Shown: positions 1 through 9,806, counted from the stretch's first letter. The stretch is 64,000 bases of DNA from an uncultured bacterium (GCA_963720265.1 CAVRET010000002.1:931-64930), one strand, 5' to 3'. Program-made: numbers and translations. The notes: generated by a model not told the origin, from the letters alone.

Positions 1-2684
1 AGCTTAACTTCAAAACCAGCCAGGCTCTCCACGTTACCAGTCACGACAGAAACCTCTTTGACGTTAACTTCCTCGGCCACAATCACCTTTAGCTCGTCAG
101 GCACCGGCGTTTCCGACGTCACGACCAAACTTGCCAGCGGCTGCCGCACCTTAATACCGGCCTCAGCCCGGGCCGCCAGCGCTTCAGACACAATAGTGCG
201 CATTATGGTCATTTCTTTTAGTACTGTCTTCTCAAGCTTCCCCGCTTCAGGCCAATCACTCAAATGCACACTCTGCGCCTCATTCAGCCCGGCAGTGAGT
301 TCGCGCCACATATAATCAGACATGAATGGGCTCCATGGAGCTAAAAGTTGGTTTAATCGTGCAAGTGCATAATGCAAAGTCACAAAGGCTTGATCGCGAT
401 CAGCTACATCATCATTACGCGAAAACCGCCGCCGGTTACGCCGCACGTACCAGTTTGAAAGATCATCAATGAAGTCGCGAATCGGCCGAGTCGCTCGCAA
501 CAGCATGTAGGCATCCGCCTGTTTTGTCGCTTCGGCAATCGTTTCATTCAGGCGAGCCAGTAGCCAGCGATCGAGTAGATTCTCGCCCTCCGGTTCAACG
601 AGTTTCCCACCCTTATAGGCCTGCTTCGGCTCCCACCCAGCCGGCACCGCATATAACGCCAAAAATGCGTACGTATTCCACAGCGTCATAAACACATTGC
701 GCCGCACCTCGTTGACGGTATCATAACTAAATCGCACGTCTTCGCCGTTTACTACCGGTGAGCTCATAAAGAAGAATCGCAGGCTATCCGCGCCCGTGGT
801 ATCAAAAATCTCCGACGGCTCAGGATAATTACGCAGCCGTTTCGACAGCTTCTTACCATCGCCTGCCAGCACCAGCCCGTTCACCACCACATTTTTAAAC
901 GCCGGTTTATCAAACAACGCCGTCGCCAGCACGTGCAGAGTGTAAAACCACCCCCGCGTCTGGTCCACGCCCTCGGCAATAAACTCAGCCGGGAAGGCTT
1001 CATCAAACGCCTCCTTACCTTCAAACGGGTAGTGGTCCTGCGCATACGGCATCGAGCCGCTCTCAAACCAACAGTCAAACACTTCTTCGGTCCGCCGGTA
1101 CGTCTTTGCATCGCGCTCAATTACGACCGCATCGATCCCCGGCCGGTGCAGGTCAAAATCGCCCTCATGGCCGGAAAGTTTCCGCAGCTCATCCAGCGAC
1201 CCTGCCACAATTACGTCGTTCTCATCTTGCTCGTTGACCCAAATCGGTATGGGCGCGCCCCAAAACCGGTTGCGCGAAAAGTTCCAGTCCCTAGCTTCCG
1301 CCAGCCAGTTGCCAAACCGCCCCTCCTTCAGGTGCGCCGGCACCCAGTTTACCAGCTCGTTATTGGCTACTAGGGCGTCGCGAAAACCGCTCACCTCCAC
1401 AAACCAGCTCGGCATCGCAAAATAGAGCAATGGCGTTTCGCAGCGCCAGCAAAACGGATACGTGTGAGTAAATTCTTCAGCCGCAAACAGGTCGCCCTTC
1501 TTCTCAAGGTCCAGGGTGATCAACGGATCGGCGTCTTTAAAGAACAGGTCGCCAATCTTCTCCAGCCCGTCCACATGCTTAAACGCGTCTACCATACGGC
1601 CAAAACCGTTCACTGACTCAATTAGCGGCAGCCCCACGCGCAATCCCAGCGCCAGGTCTGTCTCGCCGTAGCGGGGCGCCACGTGCAAAATGCCGGTCCC
1701 CTCCTCTAAGCTCACAGCGTTGTCATCGACATATACCCGGTGCGCCGCCTCCTGCTCAGCCGCGTCCATGGTGCCAATTTGGTACAGCGGCGTGTAGTGC
1801 TCCACCATCTCGGCAACGTCGCGTCCCTTCACCGTATTTGTGATGTTATATTCGGCTTTTTTCAGTGCCAGCACACTTAAGCGCGCCTTGGCCAAAATCA
1901 GCCGCTCGCTCTTCTTCCACGAGTCACCGTCGTCGAGCAGCTCCACTTCAACGTAATCCGCATCCGCCGCTACCGCCAATGCCGCATTGGCCGGCAACGT
2001 CCACGGCGTAGTCGTCCATACCAACAGCGACTTGCGCGGCTTGTGTCCCGGCAGCTCAAACTTCACGTACACACTTGGATCCGGCGTGTCGTCCTTATAA
2101 TTCTGGTTGACCTCAAAGTTGGAAAGCGGCGTGGCACAGCGCGGGCAATACGGATTCGACCTGAAGCCGCGATACACCAGGCCTCGCTTGTGCAACTCGC
2201 TCAAGACCCACCAGACGCTTTCAATGTAATCATCATCTAACGTCGCGTATGAATGCTCCTGATCCGCCCAGCGCCCAATCCGCCGGTACAAATCCTCAAA
2301 AACGTCCTTGTACCGAAACACACTGTCACGCGCCGCCTCATTAAACTTGTCGACACCTAAATCCAGAATCTGTCGCTTGCCGGAAATCCCCAGCTCCTTC
2401 TCAAGCTGGTATTCCACCGGCAACCCGTGCGTGTCCCAGCCTAGCCGTCTGGGCACGTAATAGCCCCGCATGGTTTTATACCGCGTCACCGAATCTTTTA
2501 ACGTTGCTGCCAGAATATGTCCATAATGCGGTGTGCCGTTGGCAAACGGCGGCCCGTCATAAAAACTAAACCGCTTCTTACCCTTGCGCGCCTCAACACT
2601 GGCTGCAAACGTTTTCTCGCGCTCCCACTTGCCAATCATCTCGGCTTCAAGCTCAGGAAAATGCGGCGTACCTACTTGTTTCAT
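1..2684 (-). CDS. ileS: isoleucyl-tRNA synthetase (partial, C-terminal end runs off window start)
   Basis: Minus-strand ATG at 2684 translates MKQVGTPHFPELEAEMIGKWE...RFSFYDGPPFANGTPHYGHIL (class I HIGH motif). Frame stays open to position 1 with no stop, which is why it is absent from the ORF track. AAGGAG RBS precedes the ATG. Confidence 0.9.
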   Translation of the reverse strand, partial: MKQVGTPHFPELEAEMIGKWEREKTFAASVEARKGKKRFSFYDGPPFANGTPHYGHILAATLKDSVTRYKTMRGYYVPRRLGWDTHGLPVEYQLEKELGISGKRQILDLGVDKFNEAARDSVFRYKDVFEDLYRRIGRWADQEHSYATLDDDYIESVWWVLSELHKRGLVYRGFRSNPYCPRCATPLSNFEVNQNYKDDTPDPSVYVKFELPGHKPRKSLLVWTTTPWTLPANAALAVAADADYVEVELLDDGDSWKKSERLILAKARLSVLALKKAEYNITNTVKGRDVAEMVEHYTPLYQIGTMDAAEQEAAHRVYVDDNAVSLEEGTGILHVAPRYGETDLALGLRVGLPLIESVNGFGRMVDAFKHVDGLEKIGDLFFKDADPLITLDLEKKGDLFAAEEFTHTYPFCWRCETPLLYFAMPSWFVEVSGFRDALVANNELVNWVPAHLKEGRFGNWLAEARDWNFSRNRFWGAPIPIWVNEQDENDVIVAGSLDELRKLSGHEGDFDLHRPGIDAVVIERDAKTYRRTEEVFDCWFESGSMPYAQDHYPFEGKEAFDEAFPAEFIAEGVDQTRGWFYTLHVLATALFDKPAFKNVVVNGLVLAGDGKKLSKRLRNYPEPSEIFDTTGADSLRFFFMSSPVVNGEDVRFSYDTVNEVRRNVFMTLWNTYAFLALYAVPAGWEPKQAYKGGKLVEPEGENLLDRWLLARLNETIAEATKQADAYMLLRATRPIRDFIDDLSNWYVRRNRRRFSRNDDVADRDQAFVTLHYALARLNQLLAPWSPFMSDYMWRELTAGLNEAQSVHLSDWPEAGKLEKTVLKEMTIMRTIVSEALAARAEAGIKVRQPLASLVVTSETPVPDELKVIVAEEVNVKEVSVVTGNVESLAGFEVK

Positions 2685-2689
2685 GATTG

Positions 2690-2880
2690 CTCCTTATACA
2701 AAAAAATCCATCGTGCTGCAGGGACCCGTGATACGGGCGGTACCACCCTGCTTTCCAGATGGACGCTTCATTGCACTCGGATAACGCTCGAGCTATGCGT
2801 CGGGTTCTAGTCTTGGCTGCTAGGAGCCAATTTCTTCCCACAGCTTCACGGTTGATCGCCGCTTACTCCTTAATAGGAGG
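2690..2880 (-). promoter_or_regulatory. T-box riboswitch leader upstream of ileS (putative Ile specifier) with terminator hairpin and U-run
   Basis: Minus-strand RNA contains AGCAGGGUGGUACCGCCCG (plus coordinates ~2735-2755), a match to the T-box consensus AGGGUGGNACCGCG. It is followed by the GC hairpin GCAGGG...CCCUGC and a UUUUUUU run directly before the ileS RBS. The upstream stem has a GCGAUCAACC loop that exposes an AUC (Ile) codon followed by A. Confidence 0.55.
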
Positions 2881-2933
2881 CGCCTTTATCAAATTGTAAC
2901 TATATTATAACACAATATTCTCGGCCATGGCTC

Positions 2934-3194
2934 CTAACCGCCGAGCAACCGCTGAATCAGGTACTCCACTCCTTGCAGCAAAAAAAACGTTGCCAGCGGT
3001 CCCAAGTCAAGCCCTGGAAATTGCGGCAGCACCCGCCGCACCGGCCCCACCAGCGGCTCAGTCATATTCACGAGTGTGGCATAAAACCGGCTACCCGGAT
3101 GCACGACATAGCTGGAAATCACTCGGACAATCAACAAAAAATTAAAAATTGTGACAAACAGCTGTACGAATGTCACCAACACCAGCGCTATCAT
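2934..3194 (-). CDS. yggT: YggT/Ycf19 family membrane protein (division-cluster associated)
   Basis: Translation ...LVNMTEPLVGPVRRVLPQFPGLDLGPLATFFLLQ matches the YggT signature TEPxLxPxRRxxPxxGGxDxSP. The ORF-track start at 3269 overlaps the upstream gene, so the internal Met at 3194 is more likely. Confidence 0.7.
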   Translation of the reverse strand: MIALVLVTFVQLFVTIFNFLLIVRVISSYVVHPGSRFYATLVNMTEPLVGPVRRVLPQFPGLDLGPLATFFLLQGVEYLIQRLLGG

Positions 3195-3201
3195 AGTGCT
3201 C

Positions 3202-3486
3202 TCATCGATGCGCCAAATACGCCACATCAGCCGGTGAAGGCAGGCTTTCCATGCCTTGCCAGGTCTCAAGGGGCGTACCGTCGTCTTTCACTAACACCAC
3301 GGCCGGACGATTAAAGATCTCATAATTCTGAGCTAATTGGATGCCGCGCGGACTATCCGCATCAAGCAATTCAGCCTCGACGCGCTCTGACCCAAGCCGC
3401 TTGACCAGATCGGCCGCGGGCCGCTCGTTGTCGCTATCCCGGTTGTACAACACATAGGCCACCATTAGGCAAAGTATACCATTCAA
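3202..3486 (-). CDS. small thioredoxin/glutaredoxin-fold-like protein (no CxxC seen)
   Basis: 94-aa ORF with a beta-alpha pattern ending ...AVVLVKDDGTPLETWQG, typical of a thioredoxin-fold C-terminus. No catalytic cysteines are visible. Confidence 0.4.
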   Translation of the reverse strand: MNGILCLMVAYVLYNRDSDNERPAADLVKRLGSERVEAELLDADSPRGIQLAQNYEIFNRPAVVLVKDDGTPLETWQGMESLPSPADVAYLAHR

Positions 3487-3526
3487 AAAACCGGCACACG
3501 AGCACCCTCCTCTCGTGTTCCGGTTT
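3483..3526 (-). terminator. intrinsic terminator downstream of the 292-aa gene
   Basis: 14-bp stem AACCGGCACACGAG/CTCGTGTTCCGGTT with an 8-nt loop. On the minus strand it is followed by UUUUUU. Confidence 0.6.
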
Positions 3527-3625
3527 GTATATCTACAGTAGCACGGGCCGTACCTTAAGCGTCAACCAGGGCCGGCCCGGGTATGCAAAGATAATCTCCG
3601 CACAAACCAGGCCGACCCCACGTCA

Positions 3626-4504
3626 TCAGGCCGCCAGATCGGCGCTGTGCTGCCACGAAATCGGCAGCGGCAGGACCATGCATCCGCACGGCTCATCGGG
3701 ATGACACAAGTCCGGCGCCGAGTTGGATACGATACCCAAGGCCTGAGCGGCCAAGGCTGCCCATGTGCACGCAAGTGCCTTGGGCAGCTTCCTCCCACGC
3801 ATCAGCCACGCGAGCAGTTCGAAGTCGGCTTCTGTCAGCCGTTCCATGAGCAGCTTGAAGTCTTCATCGGGCACGCCGTCGCGCATCCATCGCTCGTGGA
3901 CGATGCGCAAGAAAGACGCTTCAGCCGGATCGATCGCCCACTCGAGTGTCGTATCCACAGCCTCCATGAAGCACTTCAGCGCCGAGCCGTCCGACAAGCC
4001 ACTGGCCATAACCAAGGCAAACTCGTCATCGCCAGCTATTTGTGCGGCCAGCTGGAGACAGACTCCCTTCGAGATAGCCCCGTACATATACCCGCGGCCG
4101 CGGAGTTTCGCGACCTCGTCGAGCTTGCTGGCGAGTTCCTCGAAGACCTCCGAGCCAGTGACATCTTCCATCTTCATGCACTTTCGCAGCGCGTCCGTCA
4201 CCCTGGCTACGTGCAGGCCATAACGACTGAACAGAGGTCGCCTTGGACGCCTCGGCCGCCCAGGTAGTGTTGGCAGCTTGCGCGGGAACCCCCACGCGTC
4301 GTACAGACCAGGGTAGTCCCCATTGGTTCGCTTAGGAGGTCCAGCCTCAGGATCCCATATCGGCAGTTCACCCGCAGCAGCTATGTACTCGAAGTCATAT
4401 TCGAGCTGCTCCAGTTGTTCGAGTAGATGAGACACCACGTTTTCCCGGCGCCAGGCTTCAATGGCCGCCACTGCGGCGGCCATTGAGTACGGTCGTTCCA
4501 CCAC
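3626..4504 (-). CDS. hypothetical protein (292 aa) inserted between ftsZ and yggT
   Basis: Long minus-strand ORF with no family I can recognise. It has its own terminator and an AT-rich upstream region. It occupies the position where sepF/ylmE normally sit. Confidence 0.6.
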   Translation of the reverse strand: MVERPYSMAAAVAAIEAWRRENVVSHLLEQLEQLEYDFEYIAAAGELPIWDPEAGPPKRTNGDYPGLYDAWGFPRKLPTLPGRPRRPRRPLFSRYGLHVARVTDALRKCMKMEDVTGSEVFEELASKLDEVAKLRGRGYMYGAISKGVCLQLAAQIAGDDEFALVMASGLSDGSALKCFMEAVDTTLEWAIDPAEASFLRIVHERWMRDGVPDEDFKLLMERLTEADFELLAWLMRGRKLPKALACTWAALAAQALGIVSNSAPDLCHPDEPCGCMVLPLPISWQHSADLAA

Positions 4505-4594
4505 AGTAACCCCTCAGGTCAAGGATCTTGCTCCAGCTGCGGCAAGCTTAAACGTAATATATCTTATAAGATAACGATTTCCAAGCCTCTTATG

Positions 4595-6019
4595 CTATTC
4601 AACTTTACGTCGAATAAAAGCCGGCACGTCCAAGTCATCGTCAAGCGGCAAGCTTGAGCTCGCAGGCAAATCAACTGGCGCCGGCTTTGCATCCAGCTCA
4701 GGCGATAGATCGTCGACTACGCCTTCGTAAGCCGGCAAGATATCGTCAGATGAGGCCGCAGCATACACCGTTTGGCCAAATGCAGAGGCTGGCTCCTCAA
4801 CTGCTGTGTTATCGGCCGGCTCAATTGAAGCCAGCGACGGAAAGCGTCGCGGCGGGGGCGTCGACTCCGACTTGCGCACTGCGATGGGCACAACATCCGA
4901 ATCAGAAGCAGTCTGCGGCCGCTCGTTAATAAACGGCTGGCGTGGTGCCGGCATCACCGGCGGAATGTAAGGCTCCGGCTCAGGTTCCGGCTCGGGTTCG
5001 AGTGCCCGTACAGGCGCTTGGGCCTCGCGTTCCCGTACTACCTCGCGTCTCGGCATGGGCTTGCGGTCGGCATCAAAGCCGGTCGCCACCACGGTAATCT
5101 GCAGATCATCTTCCAGCGCATCGTCCAAGACCGCGCCAAAGATAATGTTAGCGTCCGGATCAACCGCATCAGTAATCGTTTTGGCCGCTTCGTCAATCTC
5201 ATGCATGGTCATATTGCGGCCGCCGGTGATATTGAGCAGCACACCGCGAGCGCCCTCAATACTTGTCTCAAGTAGCGGCGAATCGATTGCTTGGCGTGTC
5301 GCCTCCACTGCCCGGTTATCACCGCTCGCCCGGCCGATGCCCATGAGCGCCGACCCTGCATTAGTCATAATGGCCTTAACATCGGCAAAATCCAGGTTGA
5401 TCAGACCATGGATAGTAATAAGACTTGAGATGCCCTGGACACCCTGCTGCAGCACCTCGTCAACAATCCCGAAAGCATCCACCAATGAGGTCTTGCGGTC
5501 AATCATCTGCAACAGCCGGTCGTTCGGAATCGTAATCAGAGTATCAACCGTTCCTCGCAATTCCGCGATCCCAGAGTCAGCACTCCGACGCCTGCGCTCG
5601 CCCTCAAACGTAAACGGCTTGGTCACAATCGCCACTACGAGCGCTCCGGCCTCTCTGGCCGCCGCCGCTACGAGCGGAGCCGCTCCTGTTCCAGTACCTC
5701 CGCCTTCGCCCAGTGTAATAAAGACCATGTCAGAGCCCTTAACGGCTTCATAAATATCTTTCTCGCTCTCCTCAGCTGCCTTGCGGCCCACCTCCGGGTC
5801 AGCCCCGGCACCGAGCCCACGAGTTGTCTCACGCCCGATGTGAACCTTGGTCGCAGCCCTTGAGTGAAGTAATGCCTGGGCGTCGGTGTTAATCACGACA
5901 AACTCAACGCCCTGTAATTTGGCGTCGATCATCCGATTAACGGCTGAGCCGCCACCTCCGCCACAACCTATCACTTTAATCCTGGCCGAAGTGTCTACTT
6001 CGGGCAAAATTTCGGCCAT
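4595..6019 (-). CDS. ftsZ: cell division GTPase FtsZ
   Basis: GGGGGSA tubulin signature, GTGTGAAP, ...[10 protein letters not shown]-terminal [10 protein letters not shown] linker and conserved C-terminal peptide [17 protein letters not shown] at 6019 with a GGTAAGGAGG RBS (the ORF-track start at 6106 is an in-frame upstream extension). Confidence 0.95.
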   Translation of the reverse strand: MAEILPEVDTSARIKVIGCGGGGGSAVNRMIDAKLQGVEFVVINTDAQALLHSRAATKVHIGRETTRGLGAGADPEVGRKAAEESEKDIYEAVKGSDMVFITLGEGGGTGTGAAPLVAAAAREAGALVVAIVTKPFTFEGERRRRSADSGIAELRGTVDTLITIPNDRLLQMIDRKTSLVDAFGIVDEVLQQGVQGISSLITIHGLINLDFADVKAIMTNAGSALMGIGRASGDNRAVEATRQAIDSPLLETSIEGARGVLLNITGGRNMTMHEIDEAAKTITDAVDPDANIIFGAVLDDALEDDLQITVVATGFDADRKPMPRREVVREREAQAPVRALEPEPEPEPEPYIPPVMPAPRQPFINERPQTASDSDVVPIAVRKSESTPPPRRFPSLASIEPADNTAVEEPASAFGQTVYAAASSDDILPAYEGVVDDLSPELDAKPAPVDLPASSSLPLDDDLDVPAFIRRKVE

Positions 6020-6204
6020 GCACGAGTCCTCCTTACCACCAAACTCACCTTCTGTACCAAGACGAGTACAAAGCTGATGATACACCGCCCTGCAAATTAA
6101 ATGCAAATTAATTATTCACTAATATATATAAACGGCGATGAACAAAATATATGAACAAAACAAACTAGTTTAACCTTTGCAAAAGCATCCGTGAAACGGC
6201 ATTT

Positions 6205-6240
6205 CGGAATTAAAAAAGATTCAGAAAATATTTCTGAATC
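6205..6240 (-). terminator. rho-independent terminator after ftsA (perfect 23-bp palindrome)
   Basis: GATTCAGAAAATATTTCTGAATC at 6218-6240 is a perfect palindrome. On the minus strand it is followed by TTTTTTAATT, inside the AT-rich ftsA-ftsZ spacer. Confidence 0.6.
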
Positions 6241-6254
6241 AAAGTTTTCCACAA

Positions 6255-7490
6255 CTACGGTAATAAATTACGAAGCGTCTTCTTTATCTTGTCCACGGTC
6301 TGGCCAATGCCGGCACCTGGCATTGTCGTAAGTTGACCGTGGCTCATGTTCTCAAGCATAAGACCAATTGGCGCCGCATAGGCCGGGTCGTTAATACGAT
6401 CAACGATACCTGAAAAACCCTCGGGCTTGCCGATTACGGCAGGCAGCTGAAGAGCCTCTTTAGCTAGCTCTTCAATACCGGCCATCTTGGCTCCGCCGCC
6501 GGTAAGTACCACGCCTCCGGGCAGCATCACGTCCTTACCGACTTTCTTCAATTCCGCCCGCACTAGCTGGAAGATCTCATCTAGCCTGGCCCCCACGATA
6601 TGCTGAAGCTCCTTGCGCGTCACGACGCTGTCTTCTCCATCAAGCTCTTCAACCCGGATACGTTCAGCCAGGTTGGCTTTGGCGATATGTGCGCGCACAT
6701 ACTTAAGTTTGATCTTCTCCGCGATATCAACGCTGGTTTTAAGCCCGATCGCCAAATCGTTTGTGATGTGGCCCGCCCCAACCGGCACTACGCTCGAATA
6801 TAATATATCGCCTTCCTCATAGACGGCCACACCGGTTGTGCCCCCGCCGATATCGATCAAGGCCACACCGAGCTCCATCTGCTTCTTCGTGAGCACTGCC
6901 CGCGCCGCCGCCAGCGGCACCAGAATCTGCCCTTGTATCTCAATTCCAGCCTGATGAATGCTGCGATCCAAATTCTTAATCGCCGGCACCGAGCCGGTGA
7001 TAATGTGCGACTCAACCTCAAGTCGTACGCCGTGCATGCCAACCGGATCCTTGATATTCTCCTGTCCGTCGACTGAATACGAGCGCGGAAACACCTGAAT
7101 AATTTCGCGGTTAGGCGGCAGTTGGATCGCCGTTGCTGCCTCCTCCACGCGCACCAAATCTTCAACCATTATTTCCTGATCAGCCCGCGCGACGGCAATC
7201 ACACCCTTCGAGTTTTGGCTCGCAACGTGAGCACCGTCAATCGAAATGGTCGCCCGGTCAATCGCCACACCGGAGATTCGCTCCGCCTCATCAACAGCGG
7301 CTGTTATTGACGACACAGTCTCTTCAACATCAACCACAACACCCTTGCGCATACCGCTGGTCGGTGCGGTTCCAACACCAATCACACTTGGCAGTGCCGC
7401 ACCGTCCTCGTGCAGCCCCACAATGCAACAAACTTTGGTGCTACCAATATCAAGGCCAATGTAAATTTCTTCAGTCGGTTTCGTGGCCAC
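6255..7490 (-). CDS. ftsA: cell division protein FtsA
   Basis: Actin-like ATPase motifs IYIGLDIGSTKVCCIVG and VALIDIGGGTTGVAVY. GTG start. Sits upstream of ftsZ. Confidence 0.9.
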   Translation of the reverse strand: MATKPTEEIYIGLDIGSTKVCCIVGLHEDGAALPSVIGVGTAPTSGMRKGVVVDVEETVSSITAAVDEAERISGVAIDRATISIDGAHVASQNSKGVIAVARADQEIMVEDLVRVEEAATAIQLPPNREIIQVFPRSYSVDGQENIKDPVGMHGVRLEVESHIITGSVPAIKNLDRSIHQAGIEIQGQILVPLAAARAVLTKKQMELGVALIDIGGGTTGVAVYEEGDILYSSVVPVGAGHITNDLAIGLKTSVDIAEKIKLKYVRAHIAKANLAERIRVEELDGEDSVVTRKELQHIVGARLDEIFQLVRAELKKVGKDVMLPGGVVLTGGGAKMAGIEELAKEALQLPAVIGKPEGFSGIVDRINDPAYAAPIGLMLENMSHGQLTTMPGAGIGQTVDKIKKTLRNLLP

Positions 7491-7616
7491 GCGTTTGCTG
7501 CTCCTTGGCTGACATTATAGTTCTTGTAGCCTGGATTGCGCAACGCTGACTACAATTATTTTCCAATCGTTATGACCCTGCAGGCCGCCTGGAACAAGCC
7601 TAAAGACTGAACAATA

Positions 7617-8393
7617 TTAATGTTCAACTTGCGTCAAAACTTCGACGCCGCCTTCGGTCACGAGCACAGTATGTTCAAACTGCGCACCCAGGCTGCCGTC
7701 CTCGGTTCGGATCGTCCAACCATCACGAGCAAGATAAACGCCGGCCTTACCCAGCGTCGCCATTGGCTCGATCGCAATCGACATGCCTGCCTCTAGCCTT
7801 GGGCCGGTACCGGCCCGGCCATAGTTCAAAATCAGCGGGTCCTCGTGCACATCGTGGCCAACCCCGTGGCCGCTTAACTCCCGAATAACACCGAGCTTAT
7901 CACGTCGCAGCCTACGCTCAATCGCTGCCGAGATATCACCAACTCGATTGCCTGCCCGCACCTGTCCAACCCCCAGAGTAAGGGCCTCAGAAGTCGCCGT
8001 TAGCAGACGCTCAGCTGCCACACTCGGCGAACCGCCGGCCACCACCGTCACTGCCCCATCGGTTATCATGCCCTCATAATCCACGCCAAAATCTAGACCA
8101 ACTAGATCACCAGTCTCAATTTCTCGCGCACCCGGGATTCCATGGACCACTTCATCATTGACCGAAATGCAGATAACGGCCGGGAACGGCCTGACCCGCG
8201 GGTCGGTTTTATAGCCCAAAAATGCCGGCTGCCCGCCCAGAGCCAACAGCTCTTTGGCCGCCATTTCTCCCAAAAACCCGGTCGTCTGCCCAGGTTCTAG
8301 CCGGTCCGAAAGCACCTGTAATACTTGAGCCAACATCCGCCCACTCACCCGCAGCCGCTCGATTTCTGCCACCGTATTGATCCGGTTCTTCAT
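7617..8393 (-). CDS. map: methionine aminopeptidase type I
   Basis: Pita-bread fold motifs ...DFGVDYEGMITDGAVT..., HGVGHDVHEDP, AIEPM. Overlaps the adk stop by 4 nt. Confidence 0.9.
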   Translation of the reverse strand: MKNRINTVAEIERLRVSGRMLAQVLQVLSDRLEPGQTTGFLGEMAAKELLALGGQPAFLGYKTDPRVRPFPAVICISVNDEVVHGIPGAREIETGDLVGLDFGVDYEGMITDGAVTVVAGGSPSVAAERLLTATSEALTLGVGQVRAGNRVGDISAAIERRLRRDKLGVIRELSGHGVGHDVHEDPLILNYGRAGTGPRLEAGMSIAIEPMATLGKAGVYLARDGWTIRTEDGSLGAQFEHTVLVTEGGVEVLTQVEH

Positions 8394-8938
8394 GACAACA
8401 CGCCCGCCTTTTGCAGGGCCGTGACAATCTCGTGATGCACCTCCTCAATAGTACCGCGGCCGTTAACGCTGACGAGCAGGCCAAGATCTCGATAATGCTG
8501 AATTACCGGCCGTGTCACCGTATCAAACAACTCCCATTTTTCCCGCACTGCTGTCGGCACGTCATCAGTCCGGCCCCTCAAGCCCAGCCGCTTCACACTC
8601 GTTGCGATATCGAGCTCAATCAGCACAACCGCGTCTAAAGTTCGTTGCAATTTTGGCAAGTTCAGCTCAAGCCAGTGCACATTACTCCATGTCCGGGGCG
8701 TGCCGTCGAGCACCACCGGCCGCTCATTCGGGATCTTTGCCAATGCCTCACCGACTACCCTCTCCACTTCGAGCGCCGGAGCCAGCCGTCCGTCGCGCAT
8801 TTGCGCCGCCGCCTGTTTATCGCGCCTCAACAAAGTGCCACTCGATAAATGCACCCACCCCCACCGTTCAGCGAGTAGCTCGCCTTGTACCGACTTACCC
8901 GCACCAGTCGGGCCCATCAAGACAATTAACTTCCCCAT
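8390..8938 (-). CDS. adk: adenylate kinase-like P-loop kinase
   Basis: N-terminal LIVLMGPTGAGKSVQGEL P-loop. Classic adk-map gene order. Confidence 0.7.
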   Translation of the reverse strand: MGKLIVLMGPTGAGKSVQGELLAERWGWVHLSSGTLLRRDKQAAAQMRDGRLAPALEVERVVGEALAKIPNERPVVLDGTPRTWSNVHWLELNLPKLQRTLDAVVLIELDIATSVKRLGLRGRTDDVPTAVREKWELFDTVTRPVIQHYRDLGLLVSVNGRGTIEEVHHEIVTALQKAGVLS

Positions 8939-9360
8939 ACCAGCCTCTCAAGCGCCGGCCCAAATATCGCCACTGCCACCACCACAGCTGCCACCGACGC
9001 CACCAGTACCGCCCCCGCAGTCATATCCTTTATCAACTTGATATGCGGGTTTTCGTGAATATCTATCAAATCCAGCGTACGCTCAATGGCCGTGTTAAAT
9101 ATTTCGGCCAAAAACACCAAAATGATCGCAAATAACACCGCTATCCACTGTACCGCCGATAACCCAAGCACCACGCCCAAAGCTACGGCTAGTATTGCCA
9201 TCACCAGATGAATACGCGCGTTGCGCTCATGCCGGACCACGTGCTCCGCACCGTGCACAGCGTGCTTCATACTCTGAAGGAAGTTCTGTTTCGAACCCGG
9301 GTGCACCCGTGCTGTGTGGTCATCAGCCGGCTGGGTATTCTCTCCTTGCTCGTTACTCAT
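8926..9360 (-). CDS. dgkA: diacylglycerol/undecaprenol kinase (DgkA family)
   Basis: Three TM helices plus the EIFNTAIE motif characteristic of DgkA. Confidence 0.75.
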   Translation of the reverse strand: MSNEQGENTQPADDHTARVHPGSKQNFLQSMKHAVHGAEHVVRHERNARIHLVMAILAVALGVVLGLSAVQWIAVLFAIILVFLAEIFNTAIERTLDLIDIHENPHIKLIKDMTAGAVLVASVAAVVVAVAIFGPALERLVWGS

Positions 9361-9806
9361 GCTGCCGCCAATTGTTGGCGCACAAGCTTCGACACTGTCG
9401 CGCCGTCGGCCCGAGCGCCTACGCGTTTCATCACGGCTCCAATCACCGCACCCATCTGATTCATGCCGGTTGCACCGGTTTCGGCAATCACCGACCGCAC
9501 CACCTCACTGAGCTCCGCCTCGCTCATTGCTTGGGGAAGATATTCCTGAATAACCTCAAGCTCCGCCGCCTCCTTCTGAACCAAATCATCACGACCGGCA
9601 CTCTGGTAAGCATCGATCGAATCCCGCCGCTGTTTGGCCTCGCGCTGCAACACCTTAAGCGCGTCGTCATCACTAAGCACCCGGCCGGTCTTGATCTCCT
9701 CGTTCTTGAGTGCACCGCGGAGCAATCTGAGTGTACCGGTACGCGCCGCATTACCACCTTTTAGGCTGGCCTTCATGTCTTCGGTCAACTTATCGGCAAC
9801 CATCAC
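9357..9806 (-). CDS. yqeY: GatB/YqeY domain protein
   Basis: LKxxLKxAxKxxxxxRLxxLR...EAKQRRDSI...EAAELEVIQEYLPQ pattern typical of YqeY. Confidence 0.75.
   Translation of the reverse strand: MMVADKLTEDMKASLKGGNAARTGTLRLLRGALKNEEIKTGRVLSDDDALKVLQREAKQRRDSIDAYQSAGRDDLVQKEAAELEVIQEYLPQAMSEAELSEVVRSVIAETGATGMNQMGAVIGAVMKRVGARADGATVSKLVRQQLAAA

Noticed and set aside
933-1373. 146-aa plus-strand ORF (and others at 58-315 and 1234-1425) inside the ileS region
   Set aside because: They are antisense to the clearly coding ileS frame (HIGH-motif protein). High GC content keeps antisense frames open. No recognisable domain.
5055-5753. 232-aa plus-strand ORF opposite ftsZ
   Set aside because: Shadow ORF on the antisense strand of a definite FtsZ gene. 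Ser/Ala/Pro-rich translation typical of reversed GC-rich coding sequence.
8512-9135. 207-aa plus-strand ORF spanning adk/dgkA
   Set aside because: Antisense to two well-supported genes (adk and dgkA). Pro/Arg/Ser-rich junk-like composition.
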